The notes beneath the pieces were generated by a model, which was given only the letters and a program-made list of their open reading frames with translations, did no database searches and was not told the origin of the DNA. Positions 23,830-33,218 of a DNA stretch of 64,000 bases are shown piece by piece (within the stretch, counting starts at the first letter, position 1; every line of letters begins with the position of its first letter). Location: assembly GCA_028866905.1 (NCBI GenBank), contig JAGWHI010000002.1, positions 7,219 to 71,218 on the forward strand, in the 5' to 3' direction. The translations under genes and the position numbers were made by a program. Source of the DNA: Candidatus Micrarchaeota archaeon. Its GTDB lineage: Archaea > Micrarchaeota > Micrarchaeia > Micrarchaeales > Micrarchaeaceae.

Positions 23830-26696
23830 TCTATGTCTATGCTCGGCTTGTCCGGCATCGCCCTGCCAGCCCTCGCGGACTTGGAGGCGCTCTCTATCTC
23901 GATCGCTACGGGGAACCCCACGCGCTTCTCAATGTAACCCCTCATTTCGCCCAGCATGTTCACCGCGGACTCGGTGCCGATGTCTGGTATCTGGACTATA
24001 GAGTTGATCCTCTTAGCGAACGGGGCCAGGAACTTTGAGAGCGACTGCTGGTCCACGCCGTCGAACTTCATCTGCATGACGTCGGATATCTTCCTCTTGT
24101 CGGCCAGCGCCCTGTAGGCCTTGTGCTTCCAGTCGTTGGCTACTATCACCTTGACGAGCTTCGGCTTCCTGCCCCTGTTGGCGTCTATCTTGGAGGAGAG
24201 CTCTACGATGTTGGCAGTGTCCGACACGAGACCCGACGCCATGTCCACCATGAACTCTATCGCCGGGTTGACCATATCCCTGTCGAAGGCCGGCCACTGC
24301 TCCTTGGCTATGAAGCGCTGCTTGCCGAGCATCTCCCAGAATTCCTCGGCCATGTGGGGCATGACCGGGGCCACCATGAGCGACACCGCCTCCATGAAAT
24401 CCCTGACCGCGATCTGGTTCGTTCCGCCCATCTCGGAATACTGCTTTAGCTCCGATACCGTGTTGTAGAACGCCTCCTTGTAGGCGGTCTTGAGGCTGAG
24501 CGCCTCCATGGCCTGGGACACCATCTCGATCTTTGAGTTGAGCTTGGAGTACAGCCAGTAATCCACGCTCTTCAGCGCGTTTCCGCCCATCGAGTCGAGC
24601 GACGCCACTGTCTTGTATAGGAAGTCTATCCTCGAGATTATCCCGTTTATCGCGTCGTTGCTGAACTCGGTTTCCGTGTCCAGGTCGACGCCGGATATCT
24701 CTAGCATGCGCATCGGGTCTGCGCCGAACCTGTCCAGCCCGTCCATCAGGGGTATTATGTTGCCCAGGCTCTTGCTCATCTTCTGGCCCTCGTAGTTTAC
24801 GAACCCGTTGGTGACTATCTGCTTGGGCCACACGTCGGGCTCGAGCAGGGCTACGTGGTTGAATATGTACATAATCAGGTGGTTGGTGACAAGGTCGGGC
24901 CCCGAATGGTTCGAGTTCTCGCCGTACCAGTAGAGCAGCGAATCCCTGCATCTCTTCACGACCATGGAGCTTATGCCCGTGGCCTTCTCGACCGTGTCCG
25001 GAGTGCCCTTGCCGATGTATACGTAATCGAAGAACTCGCGCTTCAGCGAATCCGGCTGCACCCCGTTAGACCTGAGTATGTGTATGAAAGAGTACAGGCT
25101 CATGTATATCGTGGAATCCGACAGCGGCTCTATTATGTGGTCCCTGTTGAACGGGAACCTCGTGCCAAGCCCCTGTGCCCTCTCGGCTGCGCGCATCTCT
25201 ATCCAGTCCATCGCGTTCTCGTAGGTCTTGCGCAGCTTCTCAGGGTATATCTTCATGGACTTGAGGTGCGCCTTCGCCTTCTCCTTCCACCCCTTGTCGC
25301 CGTAGTTGATGAACCACTGGTTGTCTACTATGCGCACCACGGCGCGTGTGCCGCACCTGCATATCACAGGGGCCGGGTTCGCCAGGACATACAGGGCGAT
25401 GGCGTCGCCCGATGAGATCAGGTCTGCCTTTATCAGGTCCCTGGCCTCGGGCTCGCCCTTCCCCTTGTACTTGCCTACAAGCATGACGCCCCATCTCGAT
25501 TCCTCCCTGTACGCCGCCTTGGTCGCGAACTCTATCGCGTCGTCGGTCGACTCGGCGTTCGTCCCGAAGAGCTCCAGGTATGCGAGCGCCGGCACTTCCG
25601 GGTGGGCCACGCTGCCCTTCCTGGCGGACTCGTCAACGGAAAGCCCAACGCCCTTGCCGCCCGCCTTCTCTATCTCTATGAGCTTCCTGAACTCCATCTT
25701 TGGGAGCGGATAGCCAGAATTCTCAAGCCTCTTCAGCGCCACGTAGTCGAACGGCGCGTGCGACGGCACGCTCATCACCACGCCGGTGCCAACGTCCGGC
25801 TTCACGAAGTATCCGGGCAGCACAGGTATCTCGCTGCCGTCTATCGGGCTCTTGGCGGACTTGCTCAGGAGCTCCTTCGCGGTTATGCTGCCCTCTATCG
25901 TGAGCTCGAACTGGTATTTCATCAGTTCGGCAGATTGCTTCGCGAGGTACAGCCGCCTGTCCCCGATCTTCGCGACAACGTAATCGGCGCTCTCGTTGAC
26001 GAATATGTTTGTGACCCCGTAGATGGTCTCCGGCCTGTATGTCGAGCAGCCGAAGTATGAGTCCGATGCGGTGTCCTTGAACAGCACCATGGTCAGCTGC
26101 TCTATCTCTGGCTGGACGTCGCCCTTCGTGTCGTGCTGGCCCACTGCGTTGTTCTCGTTGGGGCACCACCCCACGGGGTGCCTTCCCTGAACGAGGTAAC
26201 CCAGCTCCTTGAGCCTCTCGAACTGCCACTCCACCATCTTGCTGTAGAGCGGCTCTGTTGAAACGAACTTCCTGCGCCAGTCCACGCTGAGGCCGGACCT
26301 CTTCATCCCCACCTCTATCTCGTTGGTGAAGTAGTCCGCAATGAACGAAGGCTCGGTCATCTTCGCCATGTCAGACTCCGGTATGTGGAATGTCCTCAGT
26401 TCCTCGATCAGGCTCCTGTCCTTGTTGGCTATCCTCTTGGCGATCCCTATTATCGGGGTGCCCGTAGCGTGGAAGCCCATCGCGAACAGCGCGTTCTTCC
26501 CCCGCATCCTGAGGTATCTAGCGTACGCGTCGGCTATGCCGTACGTGCGCAGGTGGCCTATGTGCTGCGGGGTGTTCACGTACGGGAACGCTGCGGTCAC
26601 AAGTACGCCCGGCTTGTCGCTGGGCTCGAGCTCGAAGATCTTCGCTTCGGCCCAGGCCTTCTGCCATTTAGACTCTATCTTTTTGCTGTCTACCAA
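23820..26696 (-). CDS. leuS: leucyl-tRNA synthetase (archaeal/eukaryotic type)
   Basis: 958-aa ORF with PYVNTPQHIGHLRTY (HIGH), a CP1 editing insertion and KMSKSLGN (KMSKS). Confidence 0.93.
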   Translation of the reverse strand: MVDSKKIESKWQKAWAEAKIFELEPSDKPGVLVTAAFPYVNTPQHIGHLRTYGIADAYARYLRMRGKNALFAMGFHATGTPIIGIAKRIANKDRSLIEELRTFHIPESDMAKMTEPSFIADYFTNEIEVGMKRSGLSVDWRRKFVSTEPLYSKMVEWQFERLKELGYLVQGRHPVGWCPNENNAVGQHDTKGDVQPEIEQLTMVLFKDTASDSYFGCSTYRPETIYGVTNIFVNESADYVVAKIGDRRLYLAKQSAELMKYQFELTIEGSITAKELLSKSAKSPIDGSEIPVLPGYFVKPDVGTGVVMSVPSHAPFDYVALKRLENSGYPLPKMEFRKLIEIEKAGGKGVGLSVDESARKGSVAHPEVPALAYLELFGTNAESTDDAIEFATKAAYREESRWGVMLVGKYKGKGEPEARDLIKADLISSGDAIALYVLANPAPVICRCGTRAVVRIVDNQWFINYGDKGWKEKAKAHLKSMKIYPEKLRKTYENAMDWIEMRAAERAQGLGTRFPFNRDHIIEPLSDSTIYMSLYSFIHILRSNGVQPDSLKREFFDYVYIGKGTPDTVEKATGISSMVVKRCRDSLLYWYGENSNHSGPDLVTNHLIMYIFNHVALLEPDVWPKQIVTNGFVNYEGQKMSKSLGNIIPLMDGLDRFGADPMRMLEISGVDLDTETEFSNDAINGIISRIDFLYKTVASLDSMGGNALKSVDYWLYSKLNSKIEMVSQAMEALSLKTAYKEAFYNTVSELKQYSEMGGTNQIAVRDFMEAVSLMVAPVMPHMAEEFWEMLGKQRFIAKEQWPAFDRDMVNPAIEFMVDMASGLVSDTANIVELSSKIDANRGRKPKLVKVIVANDWKHKAYRALADKRKISDVMQMKFDGVDQQSLSKFLAPFAKRINSIVQIPDIGTESAVNMLGEMRGYIEKRVGFPVAIEIESASKSARAGRAMPDKPSIDIEWG

Positions 26697-26788
26697 GGAA
26701 CCATCCGTCGCTAGGCTGTGGACACTTCTATAACATAGCCATAGAATGGTTTTATAGCTTTTGTATGGGATTTTCCATTGGTGATGTA

Positions 26789-27406
26789 ATGAGCAACTCC
26801 GAGGGAAAGCACGCTGTAAAGGCCATGCCGGTTTCGTACGACAAGGTAAAGGAGGTAATGGACGAGGAGACGTACAAGTGGCACCACGACACGCACTACG
26901 CAGGGTACGTCAACAAGAGGAACGAGGTCGAGGTCGCGCTACAGACCGTGGACAGGACAAAGGCGAACATGAACTACAGCGCGTTCAGGTCGCTGAAGAG
27001 CGAGGAGACGTGGAACGCCAACGGCCAGATACTCCACGAGGCCTACTGGGACACCATGGGCGGGGACGGCAAGTACGAGGATGGCATGGAGATAATCAGG
27101 AAGATAAACGAGGACTTCGGATCGGTGCAGGCATGGATCGACGACTTCGTGGCAACGGGCAAGACGGGCAAGGGATGGGCGGTGCTGTCGCTGGACCTGC
27201 TGTCGGACGGGAAGCTCAGGAATTTCCAGTATGACGCGCACAACCAGGGCGGCGTCGTGGGGTCCGCACCGATAATAGCGGTGGACAGCTTCGAGCACGC
27301 GTACTACCACAAGTACGGGCCGGACAGGGCAGGCTACCTCAAGGCGCTCGTCTCCAACATAGACTGGAAGAAGGCAAACGAAAGGTTCAGGAGGCTCAGC
27401 AGGTAG
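26789..27406 (+). CDS. sod: Fe/Mn superoxide dismutase
   Basis: WHHDTHYAGYVNK and DSFEHAYYHKYG metal-ligand motifs. Start placed at the second ATG (MSNSEG), which is about 35 nt from a TTTTATAG element. The first ATG at 26765 remains possible. Confidence 0.88.
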   Translation: MSNSEGKHAVKAMPVSYDKVKEVMDEETYKWHHDTHYAGYVNKRNEVEVALQTVDRTKANMNYSAFRSLKSEETWNANGQILHEAYWDTMGGDGKYEDGMEIIRKINEDFGSVQAWIDDFVATGKTGKGWAVLSLDLLSDGKLRNFQYDAHNQGGVVGSAPIIAVDSFEHAYYHKYGPDRAGYLKALVSNIDWKKANERFRRLSR

Positions 27407-27416
27407 TCGCCATAGG

Positions 27417-27441
27417 TTATAAATACTTATAAGTACTTATA
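27417..27441 (+). promoter_or_regulatory. TATA-like element overlapping the 12-bp palindrome TACTTATAAGTA and a TACTTATA direct repeat, upstream of the second TA module
   Basis: Read directly as GTTATAAATACTTATAAGTACTTATAGC, ending 8 nt before the ATG at 27449. This suggests a leaderless or short-leader mRNA with an operator. Confidence 0.4.
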
Positions 27442-27448
27442 GCATATT

Positions 27449-27688
27449 ATGGAAACTCGGGAAACAACTATCCAGATACGGAAGGGCGTGAAGAGGGCAT
27501 TGGATGCAAGGAAACTCTACCCTAGGGAGAGCTATAATGCGATAATAGAGCGGTTGTTATCTGAGGATCATAGGAATGGTAGGCTCTCAAGAAGTACGAT
27601 AAAGAACATAAACCAGTCGCTGGGTGAGATTAGGGCGGGAAAGTATGTGACTTTTGAGGAGGTAAAGAGGAAGGCAGGGCTTAGATGA
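27449..27688 (+). CDS. putative antitoxin (ribbon-helix-helix-like)
   Basis: 79-aa ORF. The N-terminal TTIQIRKGVKRALDARK...YNAIIERLL fits a strand-helix-helix layout. It overlaps the toxin gene by 4 nt. Confidence 0.5.
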   Translation: METRETTIQIRKGVKRALDARKLYPRESYNAIIERLLSEDHRNGRLSRSTIKNINQSLGEIRAGKYVTFEEVKRKAGLR

Positions 27689-27942
27689 GCTATCAAATAA
27701 TCTTCTCGGAATTGGCGGAGAGGAGATTTTATGACCTTAGCAGAGATGCCCAAATCCAGATAGCAAAACGTCTCTCTAAAGCCAAAGAGGATCCAAGACC
27801 ATTCACAAAAGGGCTTACAGGGGTCAGGCATCTTGTTCTTAGGGCAGGAGATTACAGAGTTATAATAGACTTGGATGATAAGAACAAAGTGATAATGGTG
27901 CTCGACATGGGACATAGAAGGGAGATATACGCGGGCCTTTGA
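27685..27942 (+). CDS. RelE/ParE-family type II toxin
   Basis: 85-aa ORF with PFTKGLTGVRHLVLRAGDYRVIIDLDDKNKVIMVLDMGHRREIY, a RelE/ParE-like C-terminal pattern. Low-GC islet. Confidence 0.65.
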   Translation: MSYQIIFSELAERRFYDLSRDAQIQIAKRLSKAKEDPRPFTKGLTGVRHLVLRAGDYRVIIDLDDKNKVIMVLDMGHRREIYAGL

Positions 27943-27944
27943 GT

Positions 27945-28832
27945 TCAGAGCGGCAGTATGTAGAGCAGCACGTTGCCGAAGAGCAGCGATGCCACCGCCC
28001 CTATGAATATCGGGAGCGCGAGCGGCATCGCCTGCTTGTAGACCGGCAGCTTGGCGCGCACGTTCTTGCTTCTCATCTCGCTTATCAGCTCGGGAGTGAC
28101 CAGCCTGTCGAATATCCTGACCTTCCGCTTTATCTGGTCTATAGCCTTCTGCTCCATAAGGTTGAAGGCTATTATGTCGCCCTCGTCGAACTTGTCTACG
28201 TTGACGTAGTCGACCATCACCCTTGTTATCGGCTTCTCGAAGAGCACCGTGGTGACCGACCCTATTAGCATCAGCGCCAGCAGCACCACGGCATACGGGT
28301 TGGCGCCGACGAAGGTCATTAGGAACGCCATCAGCGCGAGGTATGCCGTAGTTATTAGCAGCGCCTTGAAGGCGGTGGGAGCGCCTATCGACTTCATCAT
28401 TGCGCGCCTTGACTGCATTGCTGCCTTCGGGAGGTAATATATCGGGAGTATCACGAGCGCGGCTATGCCGGTCCCTATCAGGACCGACACCACGAACGGC
28501 ATGCCGAACTGGCTGAACGTACCGCCAAGGATGGGCTGTATCTGTATCGGGAGCATCAGCGAAAGCGCCCCTAGCTCTATTATGTCGCCCTCGCCTATCT
28601 GGCCTATCTTGTACACGACGTACCCCAACGACAGCACTACCACGGCTATGAGCAGGCTTACGGCTATCTGCATCACGTCGAGGTATGCCACGGTGAGGAG
28701 AAGTCCGTACGCCAACGTGGCGTAAGCGAACAACGATGGCACGTTCCTCTTGTTGAAGATGTCGAAGAGCATGTAGATTAGCGCCACGACGACTACGCTC
28801 GCTATCCTGATCGTGAACAGGTCCATCTGCAT
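27945..28832 (-). CDS. archaeal class III signal peptidase (PibD/FlaK/EppA-type A24 prepilin peptidase)
   Basis: Polytopic protein with the first catalytic Asp in MLFDIFNKRNVP and the second in IGEGDIIELGAL (GxGD-like). Confidence 0.7.
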   Translation of the reverse strand: MQMDLFTIRIASVVVVALIYMLFDIFNKRNVPSLFAYATLAYGLLLTVAYLDVMQIAVSLLIAVVVLSLGYVVYKIGQIGEGDIIELGALSLMLPIQIQPILGGTFSQFGMPFVVSVLIGTGIAALVILPIYYLPKAAMQSRRAMMKSIGAPTAFKALLITTAYLALMAFLMTFVGANPYAVVLLALMLIGSVTTVLFEKPITRVMVDYVNVDKFDEGDIIAFNLMEQKAIDQIKRKVRIFDRLVTPELISEMRSKNVRAKLPVYKQAMPLALPIFIGAVASLLFGNVLLYILPL

Positions 28833-28860
28833 CAGTTACTGATTCTGAACGTTCGGGTTA

Positions 28861-30342
28861 TTATTCCTTGTGAGGGTCCCCGTTCATGCCATAGCGGACG
28901 GAGCAAAATTCTTTGAATTCCGCCGCGGTGGAGTTGAGGCCGAATCTGTTTATGTAGGATATGAATTGGGATTTGTCCGGCTTCATAGCAAGCCTCTTGA
29001 TCGAATAGATGCTCAGTCTCGAATGGGCCATTACGTCCTTGTTGTTGCGGAAATCGGGACTGTAGAACCTGGCTTTGATGCCCGCATCTTTTGCCATTCT
29101 GTCTATGAATTCGAGTGCGGCAAGCAGCATCTTCGGCCTTCCCAGCAGGTATGGGTGGGCGATTATCTCCTGCCTGCCGAATCCGAGCTTGTCCTCCAAA
29201 TGCAGAAGGAGCGCCTTTACCATTCCGGGATCAGAGAGCAACGTGTATAGGGATATGGGCTTTTTGGTTTGGGGCTCTCCAGGATCCGACATCAGCGTTA
29301 TAAGGCCGTACTCGCTGAACAGCCTTACTGCGCTGACGAACCTCTTGAAAGAGAAGTCGTATGCTGCGCATCCGTCGGTGCCCTTCACCACGGACTCCAA
29401 AAGGCGCAATTTCATCTCTGTCTCCTCGGTGGTGGATATGAACTCCCCTCTTGTCGTTTTGACATGGGATAGGAGGCCTTCGAGATCTGCAGCTGACCGC
29501 TCCGCCTCATCCCACTTTTTTTCAAGGATCAGGCCGGTCAGCTCCTTTGCCTTTGCGTTCACGCCGACTATGATCTCGCCGACCCTTTGCTCGTCGGAGA
29601 TATCTTCCTGCTTTACCCTTTTTGGGACTATAGACCTGACGATTGTCTCCAGCTCCGCCCTGCTAGGCTTTATGCCGTGCCCCCTGAGGAAGCTTTCGAT
29701 CTTATTTGCATCCTGCGATTCGAGCGTGGCCCTGAGCTTCTGCAGGGACACCCCACCCCCAGGGTTGGCGAGTCTCTCCCTGTTATCTACGAAGTTTATC
29801 TTAACGCCCTGCCGATCCATGACGGGCTTTATGGCCCTAAGGCCGTCCGCAAGCCTTTTGGTATTGTTGACAAAGAATGAAGGGTTATCCGCAAGCAGCT
29901 GGTTTGGGATGCCTAGCTCCTTGAACGCTGCCGCAAGCTCGAACTTTTCATCCGGGGACTTGGCTAGCATCGACATGGTTATCCTCGCCACATTTCCGCT
30001 GACGGTGCCGCCGGTGAAACTGATCACCCCCATCTTCTGCAGCGCGAAGATGTTTTCTACGGCCAACGACAGGGAGATGGTGCTGTCAGATAGGCTGGTA
30101 ACGTTCTCGGACAGCACTGCCGATATCACACCGTCCTTTATCTCTGACTTTAATTCATGGTCCCTGAACAGCTTTGACATCCCCTTTAGGCCCCACATCA
30201 TTTCGTCCAGCTCCCTAGCCAGGGAGAGCGATGATTTCTCGTCGTTAGAGAGTATCGATTTGACCAGGGAATCGGCCTTCCGCTTGACGCTGTTGATGTA
30301 TGCCTCTTCGTCCTGGGATTTCTGCGGTGCGTTCTTCTGCAT
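28861..30342 (-). CDS. hypothetical soluble helical protein, internally duplicated; paralogue of 30346..31815
   Basis: 493 aa. It shares module order and blocks with its neighbour, e.g. LGFGRQEIIAHPYLLGRPKMLLAALEFIDRMAKDAGIKARFY versus GMGRDDFRANPGALGNPTPLLCALLFIEEKARQQGKPLRFY. Confidence 0.6.
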   Translation of the reverse strand: MQKNAPQKSQDEEAYINSVKRKADSLVKSILSNDEKSSLSLARELDEMMWGLKGMSKLFRDHELKSEIKDGVISAVLSENVTSLSDSTISLSLAVENIFALQKMGVISFTGGTVSGNVARITMSMLAKSPDEKFELAAAFKELGIPNQLLADNPSFFVNNTKRLADGLRAIKPVMDRQGVKINFVDNRERLANPGGGVSLQKLRATLESQDANKIESFLRGHGIKPSRAELETIVRSIVPKRVKQEDISDEQRVGEIIVGVNAKAKELTGLILEKKWDEAERSAADLEGLLSHVKTTRGEFISTTEETEMKLRLLESVVKGTDGCAAYDFSFKRFVSAVRLFSEYGLITLMSDPGEPQTKKPISLYTLLSDPGMVKALLLHLEDKLGFGRQEIIAHPYLLGRPKMLLAALEFIDRMAKDAGIKARFYSPDFRNNKDVMAHSRLSIYSIKRLAMKPDKSQFISYINRFGLNSTAAEFKEFCSVRYGMNGDPHKE

Positions 30343-30345
30343 TGG

Positions 30346-31815
30346 CTATCCCTCCCTCTTCTTCACCAGCTTCGACTTTATCCCCATCCTCGCGAGGAGA
30401 TCCCGCTTGAAAGCCTCGTACTCCTGTTCTGAGCACTTTATCCCGTAGCCCTGCAGGTAGTCCACAAGCCCGATGCTCTTCGTCTGCGCCGAGTTGGAAT
30501 GTATGGTGCTCAGGCTCAGCTTTACGTGCTGGTCAACCCTTAGGTTCATGCCTAACACCTTGCTGTCGTAGAACCTTAGCGGTTTGCCCTGCTGCCTGGC
30601 CTTTTCCTCTATGAACAGCAGGGCGCAGAGGAGCGGTGTCGGGTTGCCAAGGGCGCCGGGATTCGCCCTGAAATCGTCGCGGCCCATGCCTGCGACCCTG
30701 CCCAGGCACTCCACGAGGAGGCGCTTGGAAACCGGGTTGTCGGAAAGGTGCACGCTGGATATCCTCTTCGCAGCGTCGCCGTTCTTCGGCTCCGACCTGA
30801 GGTCGACTATGCCGTAGGACACCAGCAGCTCCATATTGGAGACTATGATCCCCAGGCTTGTACCCTTTGGCGACACTTCTACGTTGCTTGCTGCTGAGCT
30901 TATGATATGCTCCCTTATGCGGTCCCATTCCATAGTGTGCTCGGAACGGCGGTGGTGCAGCATAAGCGTGTCGAGCTCCTCGGCCAGCTTTGCTGCCTTG
31001 GGCCATTCCCTCTTCAGCAGGTGGCCTATGACGGCCTCGGATTTCTCCCTCAGTTGGAGGTTGAGGTTTTCGGCATACGAGCGGCTGTTCCGGTCGATAT
31101 CCGCGGTCCTTGGCTTTCTCTGGATGTAAACGGAATCGATCTCGTCCCTTGTTAGCTTTATCCCGAAAGAGCCGGCATACCTTATGATCGCCGCGTGGTC
31201 CCTTTCGTGGTACATCGTGTGCAGCTTCGATAGGCTCATCCTGCTGCCTGGGTTGTTCCTCAGCTCCTCTTGCGCAGCGGAATAGAACCGCAGCTTTACC
31301 CCTGCGCTGTCCGCCTTCCTCTTCACCAGCCCTAGGAAATCGGGTGCGTTTCCGGGCCAGCATATCGCAGTCGGCCTGTCCCGTATGTAGTCCATGCCTA
31401 AGCCCAGGCCCGTGATCGCCGAGCGCAGCCTCTCCTTCCTATCGGGATCCCCGACCAGCATGTAGACCTTTATCTTATCAGGGACATCCAGCCCATCGCG
31501 GGAGATGCCTATTAGGCCCATGTCATTGAAATAGAAGATGTTCGAGACCACAGTGCCTATTGTGAATATCTTGGTAGAAAGGTCGTCTGCGAGGCGGGAT
31601 CCAAGGAGCCGGTCCGCTATCTGCACCCGCAGCTCGTAGTTCTTTTTTTCGTCGCGTTTTGCGGTATTTCCGGACAGGCCATAGGCACCGTCAAGCTCAG
31701 CCGCAAGGCTCGTCGCCTTGCCGCGCTCGTTGTTGAAAATAAGCCCGCACAGCGCCTGTACCTTTTCGGCCTGCCTGCCTGCGGAGTCTGCAATGGTGGA
31801 CTTCTGCCTGCCCAT
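30346..31815 (-). CDS. hypothetical soluble helical protein, internally duplicated; paralogue of 28861..30342
   Basis: 489 aa. Each half carries a ...NP....G.P..L....F......G.KLRFY....L..N......LS block followed by G-I-K-x-[ST]-x-x-E. There is a 3-nt gap to the downstream paralogue. Confidence 0.6.
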   Translation of the reverse strand: MGRQKSTIADSAGRQAEKVQALCGLIFNNERGKATSLAAELDGAYGLSGNTAKRDEKKNYELRVQIADRLLGSRLADDLSTKIFTIGTVVSNIFYFNDMGLIGISRDGLDVPDKIKVYMLVGDPDRKERLRSAITGLGLGMDYIRDRPTAICWPGNAPDFLGLVKRKADSAGVKLRFYSAAQEELRNNPGSRMSLSKLHTMYHERDHAAIIRYAGSFGIKLTRDEIDSVYIQRKPRTADIDRNSRSYAENLNLQLREKSEAVIGHLLKREWPKAAKLAEELDTLMLHHRRSEHTMEWDRIREHIISSAASNVEVSPKGTSLGIIVSNMELLVSYGIVDLRSEPKNGDAAKRISSVHLSDNPVSKRLLVECLGRVAGMGRDDFRANPGALGNPTPLLCALLFIEEKARQQGKPLRFYDSKVLGMNLRVDQHVKLSLSTIHSNSAQTKSIGLVDYLQGYGIKCSEQEYEAFKRDLLARMGIKSKLVKKREG

Positions 31816-31872
31816 TGGTAATGGGTTATCGCTTCAAGGAATTTAAGGCTATCGCTCTACCGCATAAGATTG

Positions 31873-31922
31873 GAAGGAAAAGAAAGGTAAAGAAAAAGAA
31901 AAAGGAAAGACGCTATGCGTCT
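31873..31922 (-). terminator. hairpin AGACGC-tat-GCGTCT overlapping the stop codon, followed on the minus strand by a long pyrimidine/T-rich tract
   Basis: The minus strand reads GACGCATAGCGTC then TTTCCTTTTTCTTTTTCTTTACCTTTCTTTTCCTTCC. Oligo-T tracts are the usual archaeal termination signal. Confidence 0.45.
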
Positions 31923-32304
31923 ATTCCATGTTCGCGCCGATTATCGACAGGATGAAGCCGATCACGACTATTCCGAAAGCCGTCGATCCTCCGCCTATGC
32001 CGAGAGCGAGCAGCGTTACCGCTCCGCCCATCGTAGCCTTCCTCTTCATCATGTTCATCTTCTCTCCGCCCATGTTTATTCCGGCGAAGCTCATTATGAA
32101 GAGTCCTATCGCTGCGATCGTGGCCAGTCCGAACAGCAACGGCGCTACAGCAGCGCCAGCGGTTCCGCTGACCGGTCCGGTGCTCCACCATAACGACCCC
32201 CAGTGGGAGTACGCCCAGTAGACTGCGTACAGGTAGAAGAGGCTTCCTATGAATGTCAGAAGGAAGGTCCCCCAATTTGCTGATTTCTTTGCCATGTAAA
32301 TCAC
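31921..32304 (-). CDS. small four-helix membrane protein, unknown function
   Basis: 127 aa with four hydrophobic segments separated by short Gly-rich loops. Confidence 0.5.
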   Translation of the reverse strand: MIYMAKKSANWGTFLLTFIGSLFYLYAVYWAYSHWGSLWWSTGPVSGTAGAAVAPLLFGLATIAAIGLFIMSFAGINMGGEKMNMMKRKATMGGAVTLLALGIGGGSTAFGIVVIGFILSIIGANME

Positions 32305-32504
32305 GATATTAAGAAGGGCAGGTAGCTTTTAAAAGGAGATATCCACCTTTGGCTACTGTCGGAGTCGCGGTTGTTTTTGTCGTCGGAGGGCACAGCCGGC
32401 CGGCTTAAATAAGCATATAATTTATTTTATAATGCGCGGGTTTCTCCTCGCCAAAAACGCATTTAGCGGAAGGGAGAGGGCAACGAAAGAGATATTAACC
32501 CTCT

Positions 32505-33218
32505 GTGAACAGATTGTGCAGTGGTTCGGTGAAATACGCCAGGGAGCACGTAAAGAGGTACTGGGCGTTCTCGTACCGGCGCGCCCTGGGCGTAGCTATG
32601 GTCACGTTCGCGCTCGCGCTCGCGATAGGTATAACCTTCAGCTCCATGCTCCAGGCGTTCAACATAGTGAACTACCCGGTCCAGGCGATATTCTGGGTTG
32701 TGCTCACCGCGCTCACCATACTGGTGCTCATAGTCAACTTCGTGCAGGCGCACATCTCGTCTGTCAGGTACATGGACGAGGAGGAGCACAGGCACCACTA
32801 CAGGCACATGGGCGCGTGGGTCGCAGTCCTGGCTTTCAGCGCGCTGGCCTTCATGGTCCCGGCTTTCTACTTCTCGAGCTACCTGGAGCCGCTTACCCTT
32901 ATGTTCAGCTTCGGCGGCATACTGTGGATATCGTACATATCCGTGGCCGCCATATTCAAGCACTACTACCATGAGATAGCCGTCGGCGCTGCAGTGCTCT
33001 GGGCGGTATTCGGGATAAGCCTGTTCAGCACCTACAACAGCAGCCCGTACGCCGACCTCGGCGCATTCAGCCTGTTCATCAGCATACTGACGCTCATAGT
33101 GACGTTCGGCGCAGTTGGGATAACGATGCTGTCCAACTCCACAAAGGCCTTCATGGAGGAGTTCGAGGCGAGCATACCCAGGGGGCGGCCGGGCAGGGCG
33201 GCGCGCAGGAGGCGCTGA
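32505..33218 (+). CDS. polytopic membrane protein, unknown function
   Basis: GTG start, six hydrophobic helices, His-rich loop EEEHRHHYRH and basic tail RGRPGRAARRRR. An AT-rich TATA-like region lies at about 32408-32435. Confidence 0.5.
   Translation: MNRLCSGSVKYAREHVKRYWAFSYRRALGVAMVTFALALAIGITFSSMLQAFNIVNYPVQAIFWVVLTALTILVLIVNFVQAHISSVRYMDEEEHRHHYRHMGAWVAVLAFSALAFMVPAFYFSSYLEPLTLMFSFGGILWISYISVAAIFKHYYHEIAVGAAVLWAVFGISLFSTYNSSPYADLGAFSLFISILTLIVTFGAVGITMLSNSTKAFMEEFEASIPRGRPGRAARRRR

Noticed and set aside
24013-26229. Multiple ORFs of 100-312 aa inside or antisense to leuS
   Set aside because: Same reasoning: the LeuRS frame carries HIGH and KMSKS motifs and spans the region without interruption.
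32432-32974. 180-aa ORF starting at an ATG close to the TATA-like region, overlapping the 32505..33218 membrane-protein frame
   Set aside because: Its translation is Arg/Gly/Ala/His-rich and non-hydrophobic with no motif. The other frame gives six clean TM helices and normal codon usage. The true start of the membrane protein remains uncertain.
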